From an uncultured delta proteobacterium (GTDB lineage: Bacteria; Desulfobacterota; Desulfobacteria; Desulfobacterales; JAHEIW01), in the NCBI GenBank assembly GCA_963706575.1, contig CAVPNL010000001.1:463208-527207 (forward strand): a stretch of DNA of 64,000 nt, in the 5' to 3' direction. Made by a program: the position numbers and the translations under genes. Within the stretch, counting starts at the first letter, position 1. Each line of letters starts with the position of its first letter. Below, one piece after another: positions 28,442 through 38,160 of this stretch. Below the pieces are notes generated by a model. That model did no database searches and was not told the origin of the DNA. It saw only the letters and a list, made by a program, of their open reading frames with translations.

Positions 28442-30076
28442 ATGGGAGTCGCAAAATACATTAAAGACGAAAAAGATGCGGTTAAGGAAGTCATCTACCA
28501 GTCGGGCATCAAGATCAAAGCGGTTTACACTCCCCAAGATCTCGCAGAGGCCGGTTTTGAGTACGAAAACGATCTGGGGGACCCCGGAGAATATCCTTTC
28601 ACCCGCAGCCTGCATCCCCAGGGTTACCGTTCCCGGGCCTGGACTACACGGCAGTACACTGGCTTTGGCACGCCCCAGGAGACCAATGAACGCTTTAAGT
28701 TAATGATTTCTCACGGGCAGACCGGTTTGAATGTCGCTTTTGATTTGCCGACACAGATGGGATACGATTCGGATGATCCTATGGCTCTGGGTGAGGTCGG
28801 TCGGGTCGGGATGGCCATCGATTCGCTGCGTGACTTTGAAATCGCTTTTGACGGCATACCGCTGGATCGTATCGGGTCCGGACTGACCATCAATGCGGTC
28901 GCCTCAATCATGCTGGCTATGTATCAGGCCACAGCGGAAAAATTCGGCTATCCCAAAGAAAAAATCAGTGCGACTCCGCAAAACGACATCCTCAAAGAAA
29001 TGATTGGCCGCGGGGCCTGGATATTTCCGGTTGAACCCGCCGTGCGTTTGGTGGGAGACAGCATTGAATATGCGGTCAGAGAGCTGCCGCGCTGCAATCC
29101 GGTCAGTATCTGCGGATATCATATCCGCGAATCCGGGGCCAACCCTGCGCAGGAAATCGCCTGTGCTTTTGAAATCGCCAGGGCTTATATCGAAGATGTT
29201 AAGTCCAGAGGATTGGCGGTCGAAGATTTCGTGGGGCGGTTTTCATTTAACCTGAATGTCTTTGGCAATCTGTGGGAACAGATCGCTAAATTCCGGGCGG
29301 CCCGCAAGTTGTGGGCAAAGATGCTGAAGGAAGAATATGGTGTTCAGGAAAAGAAAAAGTTATTTCTCAGAGGACTTTTCGGCGGCGGCGGCAGCGGCCT
29401 GACCAAAGATCAGCCGGAAAACAATATTATGCGCGGGGCCTTTTATGCCCTGGGTGCTGCGCTCAGCGGCGCCCAAACCACCGCCCTGTGCTCCTTTGAC
29501 GAAGCCTATACAATTCCAACCCCGAGAGCAGCGTTGTTATCTTTGCGGACCCTTGAAATCATTATGGACGAGGTCGGTCTACGCGATACGGTTGACCCGC
29601 TGGCGGGTTCGTATTTTATAGAGACCCTGACCAAACAGATGGAAGAAAAAATCCTGGATGAAATGCAACAGATTCAGAAAGTGGGCGGCATGGTTCACGC
29701 GGTCGCCAGCGGTTTTATCCAGCGAAAAGTCGCCCAGCAGGCATACGAATATGAAAGCGGGCTTCAAAAAGGCGAATACATTAAAGTCGGCGTCAACAAA
29801 TACACGGAAGGCGCCGAAGCGCAAACCGATGTGGAACTTCACGAATACAATGAACAATGGGTCGAGAATCAAAAGGCCGGCCTCAAGGAGCTCCGCAGGA
29901 CCCGCGATAACCGAGAAGTTACGCGGCTACTCAAAGAATTGGAAAAATGTGCGCGCGATGGCAGAAATGTGATGCCGCTACTGGTCGACTGTTGCCGGGC
30001 CTATGCAACCGTTGGAGAAATGGCCGGCGTATTTCGAGATGTTTTCGGTGAATGGGACGAACCCAGTATTTTTTGA
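28442..30076 (+). CDS. B12-dependent acyl-CoA mutase large subunit (methylmalonyl-CoA mutase family, altered pocket)
   Basis: PGEYPFTR, WTTRQYTGF, AFDLPTQMGYDSD, QNDILKE, CGYHIRESGA, VDPLAGSY, ATVGE. Confidence 0.93.
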   Translation: MGVAKYIKDEKDAVKEVIYQSGIKIKAVYTPQDLAEAGFEYENDLGDPGEYPFTRSLHPQGYRSRAWTTRQYTGFGTPQETNERFKLMISHGQTGLNVAFDLPTQMGYDSDDPMALGEVGRVGMAIDSLRDFEIAFDGIPLDRIGSGLTINAVASIMLAMYQATAEKFGYPKEKISATPQNDILKEMIGRGAWIFPVEPAVRLVGDSIEYAVRELPRCNPVSICGYHIRESGANPAQEIACAFEIARAYIEDVKSRGLAVEDFVGRFSFNLNVFGNLWEQIAKFRAARKLWAKMLKEEYGVQEKKKLFLRGLFGGGGSGLTKDQPENNIMRGAFYALGAALSGAQTTALCSFDEAYTIPTPRAALLSLRTLEIIMDEVGLRDTVDPLAGSYFIETLTKQMEEKILDEMQQIQKVGGMVHAVASGFIQRKVAQQAYEYESGLQKGEYIKVGVNKYTEGAEAQTDVELHEYNEQWVENQKAGLKELRRTRDNREVTRLLKELEKCARDGRNVMPLLVDCCRAYATVGEMAGVFRDVFGEWDEPSIF

Positions 30077-30257
30077 TTGCGGATTTCAGATTTCGGATTG
30101 CGGAATTTAAAAGAAACAAAAGAATTAATTTTTTAATTATCAATCTTAGACGATTAAGAAAATACAAAAGGACTGAGTAATGGAAGAACTGCGCGGAAGC
30201 GGGAATAATAAAACTGAGAAAGAAACAAATCCGCAATCCGCAATCCGCAATCCGAAT
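30075..30257. repeat. Inverted heptamer element (TTGCGGA/TTTCGGA ... TCCGCAA); right arm lies inside the next CDS
   Basis: gattgcggatttcagatttcggattgcgga ... aatccgcaatccgcaatccgcaatccgaat. Confidence 0.8.
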
Positions 30258-32342
30258 TCGACTTATCGACTGGGTTGTGACATCGGCGGTACCTTTACAG
30301 ACTTTGTGCTGGTTGATGATGAAACCGGTGAGTTTCAGATTAACAAGTGTTTGACGACACCGGCTGACCCTTCAGATGCGGTGGAAGAGGGTATCCGCGG
30401 TTTGCTGGAACGGGTTCCGGGGTTTATGCCTAAAATTGATGAAATTATCCATGGCACCACCCTGGTGATCAATGCCATTATTGAAAGAAAAGGCGCTAAG
30501 ACAGCGTTGATCACCACCCGCGGATTTCGGGATGTCCTGGAGCTGGGGCGCGAGATGCGATATGACGCCTATGATATATTTGCCGAATATCCGGAGCCGC
30601 TCGTACCGCGATCGCTCCGCAAAGAAGTAACCGAACGGATTACTGCCGACGGCCGTGTCATTGTGAAGTTAAATTCCGAAGAGGTCAACCAGGTGCTTGC
30701 CGGGCTTTGTGATTCGGGGATCGAGTCTCTGGCCGTATGCTTGATTAATTCTTATGAGAATCCATCCCACGAAGTCCGGATTAAAGAAATTGTAAACAAA
30801 ATCGCACCCGATCTATCTTTGTCTACCTCTTATGAAGTATTGCCCCAGATCCGTGAATACGAACGAACCTGCACCACCGCAACCAATGCCTATGTCAAGC
30901 CGATTACAGCGAAATACCTGACCAAGCTATCCGCAAGATTAGAATCCCTTGGCTTTCAGGGAAAGCTTTTCATCATGCTTTCAAGCGGGGGGATTACCTC
31001 TGTTGAAACCGCCCGCGAATATCCGGTAAGAATCATTGAATCGGGTCCGACAGCAGCAGTCATCGCTTCGCAGCATTATGGCAAAATGTTTCAGATTAAA
31101 GATATGTTTTGCTTTGATATGGGTGGCACGACCGCCAAATCCTGCCTGATTCAAAAAGGTCATGCCGGGCTGGTATCCACTTTTGAAGTTGGTCGCGTTC
31201 AGCGGTTCAAGAAAGGCAGCGGCCTTCCCATACAGGTTCCGGTGGTGGATTTGATGGAAATCGGAGCCGGAGGCGGCAGTATTGCCCATATGAGCAAAAT
31301 GGGACTTTTGCAGGTCGGCCCGGAAAGCGCCGGCGCCGATCCGGGACCGGCCAGCTACAAGCGCGGTGGGAATAACCCTACCGTGACGGATGCGGATCTG
31401 GTGCTGGGATATCTGGATCCAAATTATTTTCTAGGTGGAACTATGCCGCTGGACAAATCGGCTGCAGAAAAAGCCATTGAAGAAAAAGTTGCCAAACCCT
31501 TAGGGACCCAGGTTACGGAAGCCGCCTTCGGTATTCACGATCTGATTAACGAGACCATGGCGGCGGCAGCCAAAACCCATATCGCCGAAAAAGGCGGTAA
31601 TCCGAATATCGTCACCATCTCTGCATTTGGCGGCGCCGGACCGGTTCACGCTTACGGCCTGGCCAAAAAAATTGGTGCTCCGCGCGTTATGGTCCCGCCC
31701 CTTGCCGGAGTCGGATCTGCTCTTGGATTCTTTACGGCACCGGTGGCATTTGATCTGACGCGCAGTCATCGTGAAGCCCTGGATGATGCTGATTTTAAAC
31801 ATATAGAGCAGTTATTTGAGGCACTCGAAAAAGAAGGCGCTGCGATTCTGCAAGAAGCGGAAAAGGATCAAAAAATAATATTTGAACGAACACTGATGAT
31901 GCGGTTCGTGGGGCAGGGCGCTGAAACGGACCTTAGCATTGACAACAAACCCTTTGATCAATGGAAAAAAGCGGAAATCAGAGCTCTTTTTGATGCAGTT
32001 TATCAAAAGCTGTACGGTCGAACCTATCCTGAAACACCGGTCGAATTTGTTACGTTTAAAGTGCGCGCAAGCCTGCCGGAGCGGCCTTTTCGCATTCCAC
32101 AATTGAAAAATTCGGGAAAGTCAGTTGAAGAATGCTTGAAAGGTGAACGACAGGCGTATTCTCTAATAAAAAAAGCGTATATCCCTTATCAGGTGTTTGA
32201 TCGTTTCAAACTCTTTGCGGGCGCTTCGTTGAGCGGGCCGGCGATCATCGAAGAAAAGGAGTCAACGATAATCGTTGGAGAAGATGCCAAAGCGTCTGTT
32301 GATGAGTACGGATTCGTCTGGATCACTTTGAATGCGGAATGA
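30180..32342 (+). CDS. Hydantoinase/oxoprolinase A subunit (IaaC/E-type ATP-dependent lactamase), copy 1
   Basis: GCDIGGTFTD, HGTT, REYER, ESGP, DMGGTT, IGAGGGSIA, VGPESAGADPGP, TVTDA, FGGAGP. Confidence 0.93.
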   Translation: MEELRGSGNNKTEKETNPQSAIRNPNSTYRLGCDIGGTFTDFVLVDDETGEFQINKCLTTPADPSDAVEEGIRGLLERVPGFMPKIDEIIHGTTLVINAIIERKGAKTALITTRGFRDVLELGREMRYDAYDIFAEYPEPLVPRSLRKEVTERITADGRVIVKLNSEEVNQVLAGLCDSGIESLAVCLINSYENPSHEVRIKEIVNKIAPDLSLSTSYEVLPQIREYERTCTTATNAYVKPITAKYLTKLSARLESLGFQGKLFIMLSSGGITSVETAREYPVRIIESGPTAAVIASQHYGKMFQIKDMFCFDMGGTTAKSCLIQKGHAGLVSTFEVGRVQRFKKGSGLPIQVPVVDLMEIGAGGGSIAHMSKMGLLQVGPESAGADPGPASYKRGGNNPTVTDADLVLGYLDPNYFLGGTMPLDKSAAEKAIEEKVAKPLGTQVTEAAFGIHDLINETMAAAAKTHIAEKGGNPNIVTISAFGGAGPVHAYGLAKKIGAPRVMVPPLAGVGSALGFFTAPVAFDLTRSHREALDDADFKHIEQLFEALEKEGAAILQEAEKDQKIIFERTLMMRFVGQGAETDLSIDNKPFDQWKKAEIRALFDAVYQKLYGRTYPETPVEFVTFKVRASLPERPFRIPQLKNSGKSVEECLKGERQAYSLIKKAYIPYQVFDRFKLFAGASLSGPAIIEEKESTIIVGEDAKASVDEYGFVWITLNAE

Positions 32343-32552
32343 TTCGATTGCAGATTGCAGATTTCGGATTGCGGAATGATTCAATTTCGGATTTCGGAAT
32401 TCAAAATAACTGCTAAAAATCATATTCCCAGTTAATATTTACACATATCAAAAAATTCTAAAGGACCAAGAAATGAAAGATAAACGCGGAAGCCGGGAAA
32501 ATATATCAAAAAAAGAAACAGATCCGCAATCCGCAATCCGAAATCCAAAATC
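32341..32552. repeat. Inverted heptamer element (same family as 30075-30257)
   Basis: gattgcagattgcagatttcggattgcgga...atttcggatttcgga ... atccgcaatccgcaatccgaaatccaaaatc. Confidence 0.8.
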
Positions 32553-34272
32553 TCAGTTTGATCCGATTACGCTGGAGATTTTGTGGCGTCGATTGATTTC
32601 GATTGTTGATGAAGCCGACGCTTCTGTTGCCCGAACCGCCTTTTCCAGCCTTTTGCGAGATGCCCACGACTATACCTGTATGTTTACCGACAGCCGGGGG
32701 CAGGAACTGGTTCAGGGCACCTTTTGCACACCGGGGCAGGCCGGCGCGATGGCCTTAGGGGTCAAAACGATCATCAATTCGATTCCGTTGGAGGATTATC
32801 GGCCGGAGGATGTGTATATTGTGAACGATCCCTGGTTGCTGGCGGGCCATTTAAATGACGTCTGTGTGTTAAGCCCGATATTTTATAAGGAAAAACCGGT
32901 GGCATTTACCGCCTGTGTCTTCCACCACTCGGATATCGGCGGCAGAGTGGCTTCCGATAACCGTCAGGTCTATGAAGAAGGGTTGTTTATCCCACCGATA
33001 AAACTCTATGATGCCGGCGTCTTAAATGAATCGGTACTCAATATGATCCGATGGAATGTGAGAACTCCCGAAGAAGTCACCGGGGATATCCGCTCTCAGG
33101 TAGCTGCCAACCATGTTTGCTCGCAAAAGATCATCGAAATGCTAGCAGATGAGGGCCTGGATACGCTGGATGATCTGGCAGATGAGATTATTGGCCGGAC
33201 TGAAACCAGCATGCGGGCCGCCATCGCAAAAATTCCCGATGGAATCTACCCTTACCAAGGTATTATTGAAGGGGCCGGCAAACGCAAGGATATCACCATT
33301 AAATTAAGCGTACAGGTCGAGGGCAGCGATATTCATATCGACTTTGACGGAACATCTCCTCAAGTCGATTGGGGCGGCAATGTTGTCTATAATTTTACCT
33401 ATGCTTATGTTTTTATGGCGGTTAAAAGTGCATTCGATCCGGAAATCCCCATCAATGAGGGCGCTATCCGGCCTGTAAAGATGACCGCGCCGGAGGGCAG
33501 TGTGGTCAATTGCAAGTTTCCGGCAGCTGTGGCCGCCCGTATGCAAATCGGTCATTTTATGACCGAGATGGTGTTTAAAGCATTAGCGAACGCAACACCG
33601 GATAACATCATTGCCGAAAGCGGCGGCACACCGGCGCAGACCAACATTTTTTACGGCAAGCGCCATAACGGCAAGCCCTGGCTGACCATGATCATTCGCG
33701 GTGGCGGAATGGGCGCCAGCAGTAAAATGGATGGCCACCATTGCGCCATTTTCCCGGCAAACGGCGCGAATACCCCTGCGGAAATCTTTGAAAGCGACAC
33801 GCCGCTCATTGTGGAAGAGCGCAGCCTGATGCGCGATTCCGGTGGGCCCGGGAAGATGCGCGGCGGGTTGGGAAGAAAATTTGTGATCCGGGTACCGAAT
33901 GATGAATTTGCACCTGAACCACCGACTTCCATAGCGATTCAGGCGGGAAGGTTTCGTTACCCACCCCAGGGTTTGTTTCACGGAGGTGCTGCTAACAAGG
34001 CAAAATTCATCGTTAATGAGCAGCCAGGGGATCCCAGCGGTTTGACCCTATGTGAATCCGGTGATGTTATTCAATTCCAAAGCGCCGGTGGAGGTGGTTA
34101 CGGTGACCCGTTAAAGAGAGACCCGCTGGCAGTTGAACAGGACGTTCTTAACGAATATGTGAGCATTGAACAGGCGCGCAAGGATTACGGGGTGGTTATT
34201 CATCCGAAAACCCTGAAAGTTGATTTGGAGGAAACCAACAAGCTGCGCGCAGCTAGAAAAGGGAGTGAGTAA
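32473..34272 (+). CDS. Hydantoinase B/oxoprolinase subunit, copy 1
   Basis: DPITLEI, RTAFS, NDPW..GHLND, HHSDIGG, EEGL, DSGGPGKMRGG, GGGGYGDP. Confidence 0.93.
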   Translation: MKDKRGSRENISKKETDPQSAIRNPKSQFDPITLEILWRRLISIVDEADASVARTAFSSLLRDAHDYTCMFTDSRGQELVQGTFCTPGQAGAMALGVKTIINSIPLEDYRPEDVYIVNDPWLLAGHLNDVCVLSPIFYKEKPVAFTACVFHHSDIGGRVASDNRQVYEEGLFIPPIKLYDAGVLNESVLNMIRWNVRTPEEVTGDIRSQVAANHVCSQKIIEMLADEGLDTLDDLADEIIGRTETSMRAAIAKIPDGIYPYQGIIEGAGKRKDITIKLSVQVEGSDIHIDFDGTSPQVDWGGNVVYNFTYAYVFMAVKSAFDPEIPINEGAIRPVKMTAPEGSVVNCKFPAAVAARMQIGHFMTEMVFKALANATPDNIIAESGGTPAQTNIFYGKRHNGKPWLTMIIRGGGMGASSKMDGHHCAIFPANGANTPAEIFESDTPLIVEERSLMRDSGGPGKMRGGLGRKFVIRVPNDEFAPEPPTSIAIQAGRFRYPPQGLFHGGAANKAKFIVNEQPGDPSGLTLCESGDVIQFQSAGGGGYGDPLKRDPLAVEQDVLNEYVSIEQARKDYGVVIHPKTLKVDLEETNKLRAARKGSE

Positions 34273-34281
34273 GCCTAAATA

Positions 34282-34388
34282 ATTGCGGATTTCAGATTTC
34301 GGATTTCGGAATTGTTGACAGAATGAGCGACAGCGATTTAAGTCCAGGCCCTTTTCAATCCGAAATCCGCAATCTGCAATGCAAAATC
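34282..34388. repeat. Inverted heptamer element (same family)
   Basis: attgcggatttcagatttcggatttcgga ... aatccgaaatccgcaatctgcaat. Confidence 0.78.
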
Positions 34389-34403
34389 AGGGAGAGTCCG
34401 ACT

Positions 34404-35696
34404 ATGCCCAAAACCTTTATGCCCTCATTTACGAATATCGAAGATCTGAAAGCACATCAATTAAAGGGTCTTCAGTGGACGGTTGCCCATGCTTTTCAGG
34501 GCTCTGATTTTTATCGCGCAAAACTCGACGAAGCCGGGATCAGCCCCGCGGACATACGGTCTTTGGATGACATTTTAAGCTTACCGTTTACCACAGCAGA
34601 TGATCTGCGAGATGGGTATCCGTTTCCGTTGCTTTCAGTGCCCGAATCAAAGGTTGTAAGAATACATGCGTCATCCGGTACCACCGGTAAACGTAAAATT
34701 CTGTCATATACTCAGAAGGATATCGACGATTGGATACATTTTTTTGCCCGATGCTATGAGTTGGCCGGTTTGACTCAGGAAGACCGGGTGCAGATCGCAG
34801 TCGGCTACGGCGTTTGGACGGCCGGGGTGGGATTTCAAATGGGGTGCGAAAAGTTTGGTGCAATGGCGCTTCCGGTCGGTCCCGGTAATGTGGACATGCA
34901 ATGTCAGTTTCTGGTGGATATACAACCTACTGCCATGTGCTGCACGGCCTCCATGGGCCTGCTGATGGCAGAAGAAATCAGAAAAAGAGGCTTGAAGGAT
35001 AAAATTGCCCTTAAAAAAATGATATTCGGCTCCGAGCGCAGCAGCGATGCCATGCGCAAGCATATAAAAGAACTGCTGGGTCTGGAAGACATGTTTGATA
35101 TTCCCGGCATGACGGAACTTTACGGACCGGGCACCGGGCTGGACTGTTACAAACATGAAGGTATCCACTACTGGGCGGATTACTTCATCATCGAGATCGT
35201 CGATCCGGTAACACTGGAACCGGTAACGACGGGCGAAACCGGCGAAATGGTACTCACCACTTTGTGCAAGGAAGCGGCGCCTCTAATTCGTTATCGAACC
35301 CGGGATTTGACACGGCTGATCGATCATCCGTGTTCATGCGGCAATATTTTACCGATGCACGACCGCATTTTAGGGCGGTCGGACGATATGATCATATTTA
35401 GGGCCGTTAACATTTATCCCGGCCAGATTGACCAGGTGCTTTCGGCCATTCCCGATGCCAGTTGCGAATATCAGGTCCACCTGGACAGAAAAGAAGACGG
35501 CAAAGACCACATGTCCATTCGGGTGGAGTGCGGGGAAGACTTTGATCAATCGCGCAAACCGGAGCTCGCCCAGACAATTGTTAAGGAAATTAAAAACAAG
35601 ATAATGGTCAGTGCTGAGGTGGAAGTGCTGGACTATGGGTCTCTGCCCAGATCGGAAAGGAAATCCAAACGGTTTTTCGATAACCGCTTAGATTAG
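34404..35696 (+). CDS. Phenylacetate-CoA ligase (PaaK) family aryl-acetate CoA ligase, copy 1
   Basis: RIHASSGTTGK, GMTE..GPG, PLIRYRTRD, GRSDDMII.RAVNIYP; GGGAGA RBS before the ATG at 34404. Confidence 0.92.
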   Translation: MPKTFMPSFTNIEDLKAHQLKGLQWTVAHAFQGSDFYRAKLDEAGISPADIRSLDDILSLPFTTADDLRDGYPFPLLSVPESKVVRIHASSGTTGKRKILSYTQKDIDDWIHFFARCYELAGLTQEDRVQIAVGYGVWTAGVGFQMGCEKFGAMALPVGPGNVDMQCQFLVDIQPTAMCCTASMGLLMAEEIRKRGLKDKIALKKMIFGSERSSDAMRKHIKELLGLEDMFDIPGMTELYGPGTGLDCYKHEGIHYWADYFIIEIVDPVTLEPVTTGETGEMVLTTLCKEAAPLIRYRTRDLTRLIDHPCSCGNILPMHDRILGRSDDMIIFRAVNIYPGQIDQVLSAIPDASCEYQVHLDRKEDGKDHMSIRVECGEDFDQSRKPELAQTIVKEIKNKIMVSAEVEVLDYGSLPRSERKSKRFFDNRLD

Positions 35697-35883
35697 CCTT
35701 GGTGTATCAAAAAAAGCACTTATTTTAAGAATAACGTTTAACCAATATCGCGAAAATTGGTTAATTGTTATTCGAATGTATCGAATAAAAGGATTCAGCG
35801 GTCAGTTTTAAACTAATAACCAATAATAAATAACTTTGAACACGAATTCCGGTCGGACCGGAATTAGAAGGGAGGATATTGAG

Positions 35884-37074
35884 ATGCTGCAAAAAGCGTT
35901 TATACCGTATGGAGGATATTTCAGCTCGCCGTTTTCCCGCTGGCAGGGGAGTCTGGCCAATGAGAACGCAATTACGTTAGGCGCCGCCACCGCCAAACGA
36001 TGGCTGGCCCATAAAAATTGGGACCCGAAAGCAATCGAGTATCTGGTATTCGGGATTACGATTCATCAAATTTATGGCTTTTACGGCAGCCCTTATGCGG
36101 CAGCGTTGATGGGGTGCCCGAATATTCCAGGCGTGCTTCTCAGCCAGGCCTGCACCACTTCAACTACCGGTATCTGGCAGGCCGCCATCGGTATTGAGAC
36201 CGGGACCTATGAGAATTGCTTCTGTCTGATGGTCGATCGCTGTTCCAACGGCCCGCATGCCATCTGGCCAAACCCCCAGGGACCCGGCGGCCAGGTCATA
36301 TCCGAAGACTGGGTGATGGATAATTTCGCCAAGGATCCGTGGGCCGGCGGCGCCATGATCCAAACGGCGGAAAATGTGGCCAAGGATGCCGGTATTACCC
36401 GGGAGCAATGTGATGCCCTGACTTTGAGACGCTACCAGCAGTATCAGGATGCCTTGGCAGACGACCGCGCCTTTCAAAAACGCTACATGTTTCCCGTCGA
36501 GGTCGCGGTTTCCCGAAAGAAGACCATTCTGGTGGAGGCTGACGAAGGTGTGATGGAGACCACCGCCGAAGGACTGGCCGGACTCAAACCGGTCATGCAG
36601 GATGGTGTGCATACCTTCGGCGCTCAGACTCATCCGGCTGACGGAAACTGTGGTCTGGCGGTAACGACCCGTGAAAAAGCCAAAGAGCTGAGTGCTGATC
36701 CGAATATTGAAATTCAACTGATCTCTTATGGCTATGCACGCGCCAAAAAGGGCTATATGGCCGCAGCCGTGTATCCGGCTGCGCAAATGGCGCTCGACAA
36801 AGCCGGTATCAGTGCGCAGGACGCTAAGGCTATCAAAACCCACAACCCCTTTGCGGTCAACGACATTTACCTGGCCCAGAAATTAAATGTGGATGTCGAT
36901 CAGATCAACAACTATGGCTGTTCGATGATATACGGCCATCCTCAGGCACCCACTGCCGGGCGCAGCATCATAGAGGGAATTGAGGCCGTGGTTATGGCCG
37001 GCGGCGGCTATTTGCTCTGGGGCGGCTGTGCGGCAGGAGATACCGGCGGCGGAATGGTACTGAAAATTGGATAA
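35884..37074 (+). CDS. Thiolase family protein (atypical motifs)
   Basis: QACTTS (nucleophilic Cys), HPADG, THNPFA, GHPQAPT, GCAAGD; GGAGGA RBS before the ATG at 35884. Confidence 0.88.
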   Translation: MLQKAFIPYGGYFSSPFSRWQGSLANENAITLGAATAKRWLAHKNWDPKAIEYLVFGITIHQIYGFYGSPYAAALMGCPNIPGVLLSQACTTSTTGIWQAAIGIETGTYENCFCLMVDRCSNGPHAIWPNPQGPGGQVISEDWVMDNFAKDPWAGGAMIQTAENVAKDAGITREQCDALTLRRYQQYQDALADDRAFQKRYMFPVEVAVSRKKTILVEADEGVMETTAEGLAGLKPVMQDGVHTFGAQTHPADGNCGLAVTTREKAKELSADPNIEIQLISYGYARAKKGYMAAAVYPAAQMALDKAGISAQDAKAIKTHNPFAVNDIYLAQKLNVDVDQINNYGCSMIYGHPQAPTAGRSIIEGIEAVVMAGGGYLLWGGCAAGDTGGGMVLKIG

Positions 37075-37169
37075 AAATACGAATCACCTTTTGCTGTTTA
37101 CCTGAATAAATTAATTTATTAATCTACTTTAAATAGTTCGCTTAAATAATTGTTATTTAAGAGGTTTAT

Positions 37170-38069
37170 ATGAGACAATTCACCTATCTCATGCCAAAAA
37201 CATTAGATGAAGCCATTTCCTTACTGGAATCTCATGGAGAGCGGGCCAAATACATGGCCGGAGGAACTGACGTATTGGTTAAAATCAAAGAGGGCAAAGT
37301 CGCACCGGATTATCTGATTTCCTTGAAACATATCATCGGTCAGGATCGCCCCTTTTTGAATCATGAAACCGGAGAGCTTTATATTGGCGCGTTTTGCACC
37401 CATCGTTCGATAGAACTATCAACACTGGTGCAGCATCAATACCCCATTATCCATGATGCCGTAAAAAATATCGGATCGGTGCAGATCCGGAATGTGGCAA
37501 CCATTGGCGGGAATCTGGTCAACGCCGTACCTTCGGCCGATGGTGCCATTCCGCTAATTGCGCTGGACGCGAAAGCCAATATTTATGGCACAAAGGGCTT
37601 GCGTTCGATTGATCTCAAACGGTTTTTTCTGGGACCGGGGCAATGCGATCTCGAGGGAGGAGAAATACTAACCGAGATCGTGATTCCCCCTTTAGCGCCT
37701 CGAACCGGCAATGCGTATATAAAACATGGCAGAAGAGAAGCCATGGAGCTGCCCATGCTGGGGGTAGGGGTTCTAGTGAGTCTAGAGGAAGACATGGCCA
37801 CCTGCGCGAAAGCAAGGATTTGTCTGGGGGTTGCGGCTCCCACACCTTTCAGGGCGTTGGAGGCCGAGAAATACCTTAAAGGAAAAACCGTAGACGAAAT
37901 TAACCTGTCTGAGGCCGGCAGGATCGCCGGCCAGGAATCCAGGGTTCGAGATAGCATCCGGGGAGTTGCCTGGTACCGCAGGGAAATGGTCGGCGTGCTT
38001 GTCAAACGCATGGGTTTGAAGGCTCTGGAGCGGGCCAAGGAGAAGAATAAAAAAAGTGATGAGGACTGA
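37170..38069 (+). CDS. Xanthine dehydrogenase family FAD-binding (medium) subunit
   Basis: AGGTD, IGSVQIRNVATIGGNL, PSADG; no Cys insertion. Confidence 0.92.
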   Translation: MRQFTYLMPKTLDEAISLLESHGERAKYMAGGTDVLVKIKEGKVAPDYLISLKHIIGQDRPFLNHETGELYIGAFCTHRSIELSTLVQHQYPIIHDAVKNIGSVQIRNVATIGGNLVNAVPSADGAIPLIALDAKANIYGTKGLRSIDLKRFFLGPGQCDLEGGEILTEIVIPPLAPRTGNAYIKHGRREAMELPMLGVGVLVSLEEDMATCAKARICLGVAAPTPFRALEAEKYLKGKTVDEINLSEAGRIAGQESRVRDSIRGVAWYRREMVGVLVKRMGLKALERAKEKNKKSDED

Positions 38070-38160
38070 GGACTGAGAGGAAGAATTGCGGATAGAAACG
38101 AGGAGTAAGATCTAAAACAGAAATAATCTAACGATTGATAAATAAAATCCGGAGGATTTT

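Noticed and set aside
27853..30076. Plain methylmalonyl-CoA (propionate) pathway made of mutase, epimerase and carboxyltransferase
   Set aside because: Not excluded, but the mutase lacks the His/Gln/Asn pocket residues of MCM and sits among lactamase and aryl-CoA genes, so no mcm/pcc symbols were assigned.
30180..34272. Acetone or acetophenone carboxylase
   Set aside because: Same superfamily, but no gamma or other accessory subunit gene is present, and the context (Mo hydroxylase, mutase) fits a lactam hydrolase better.
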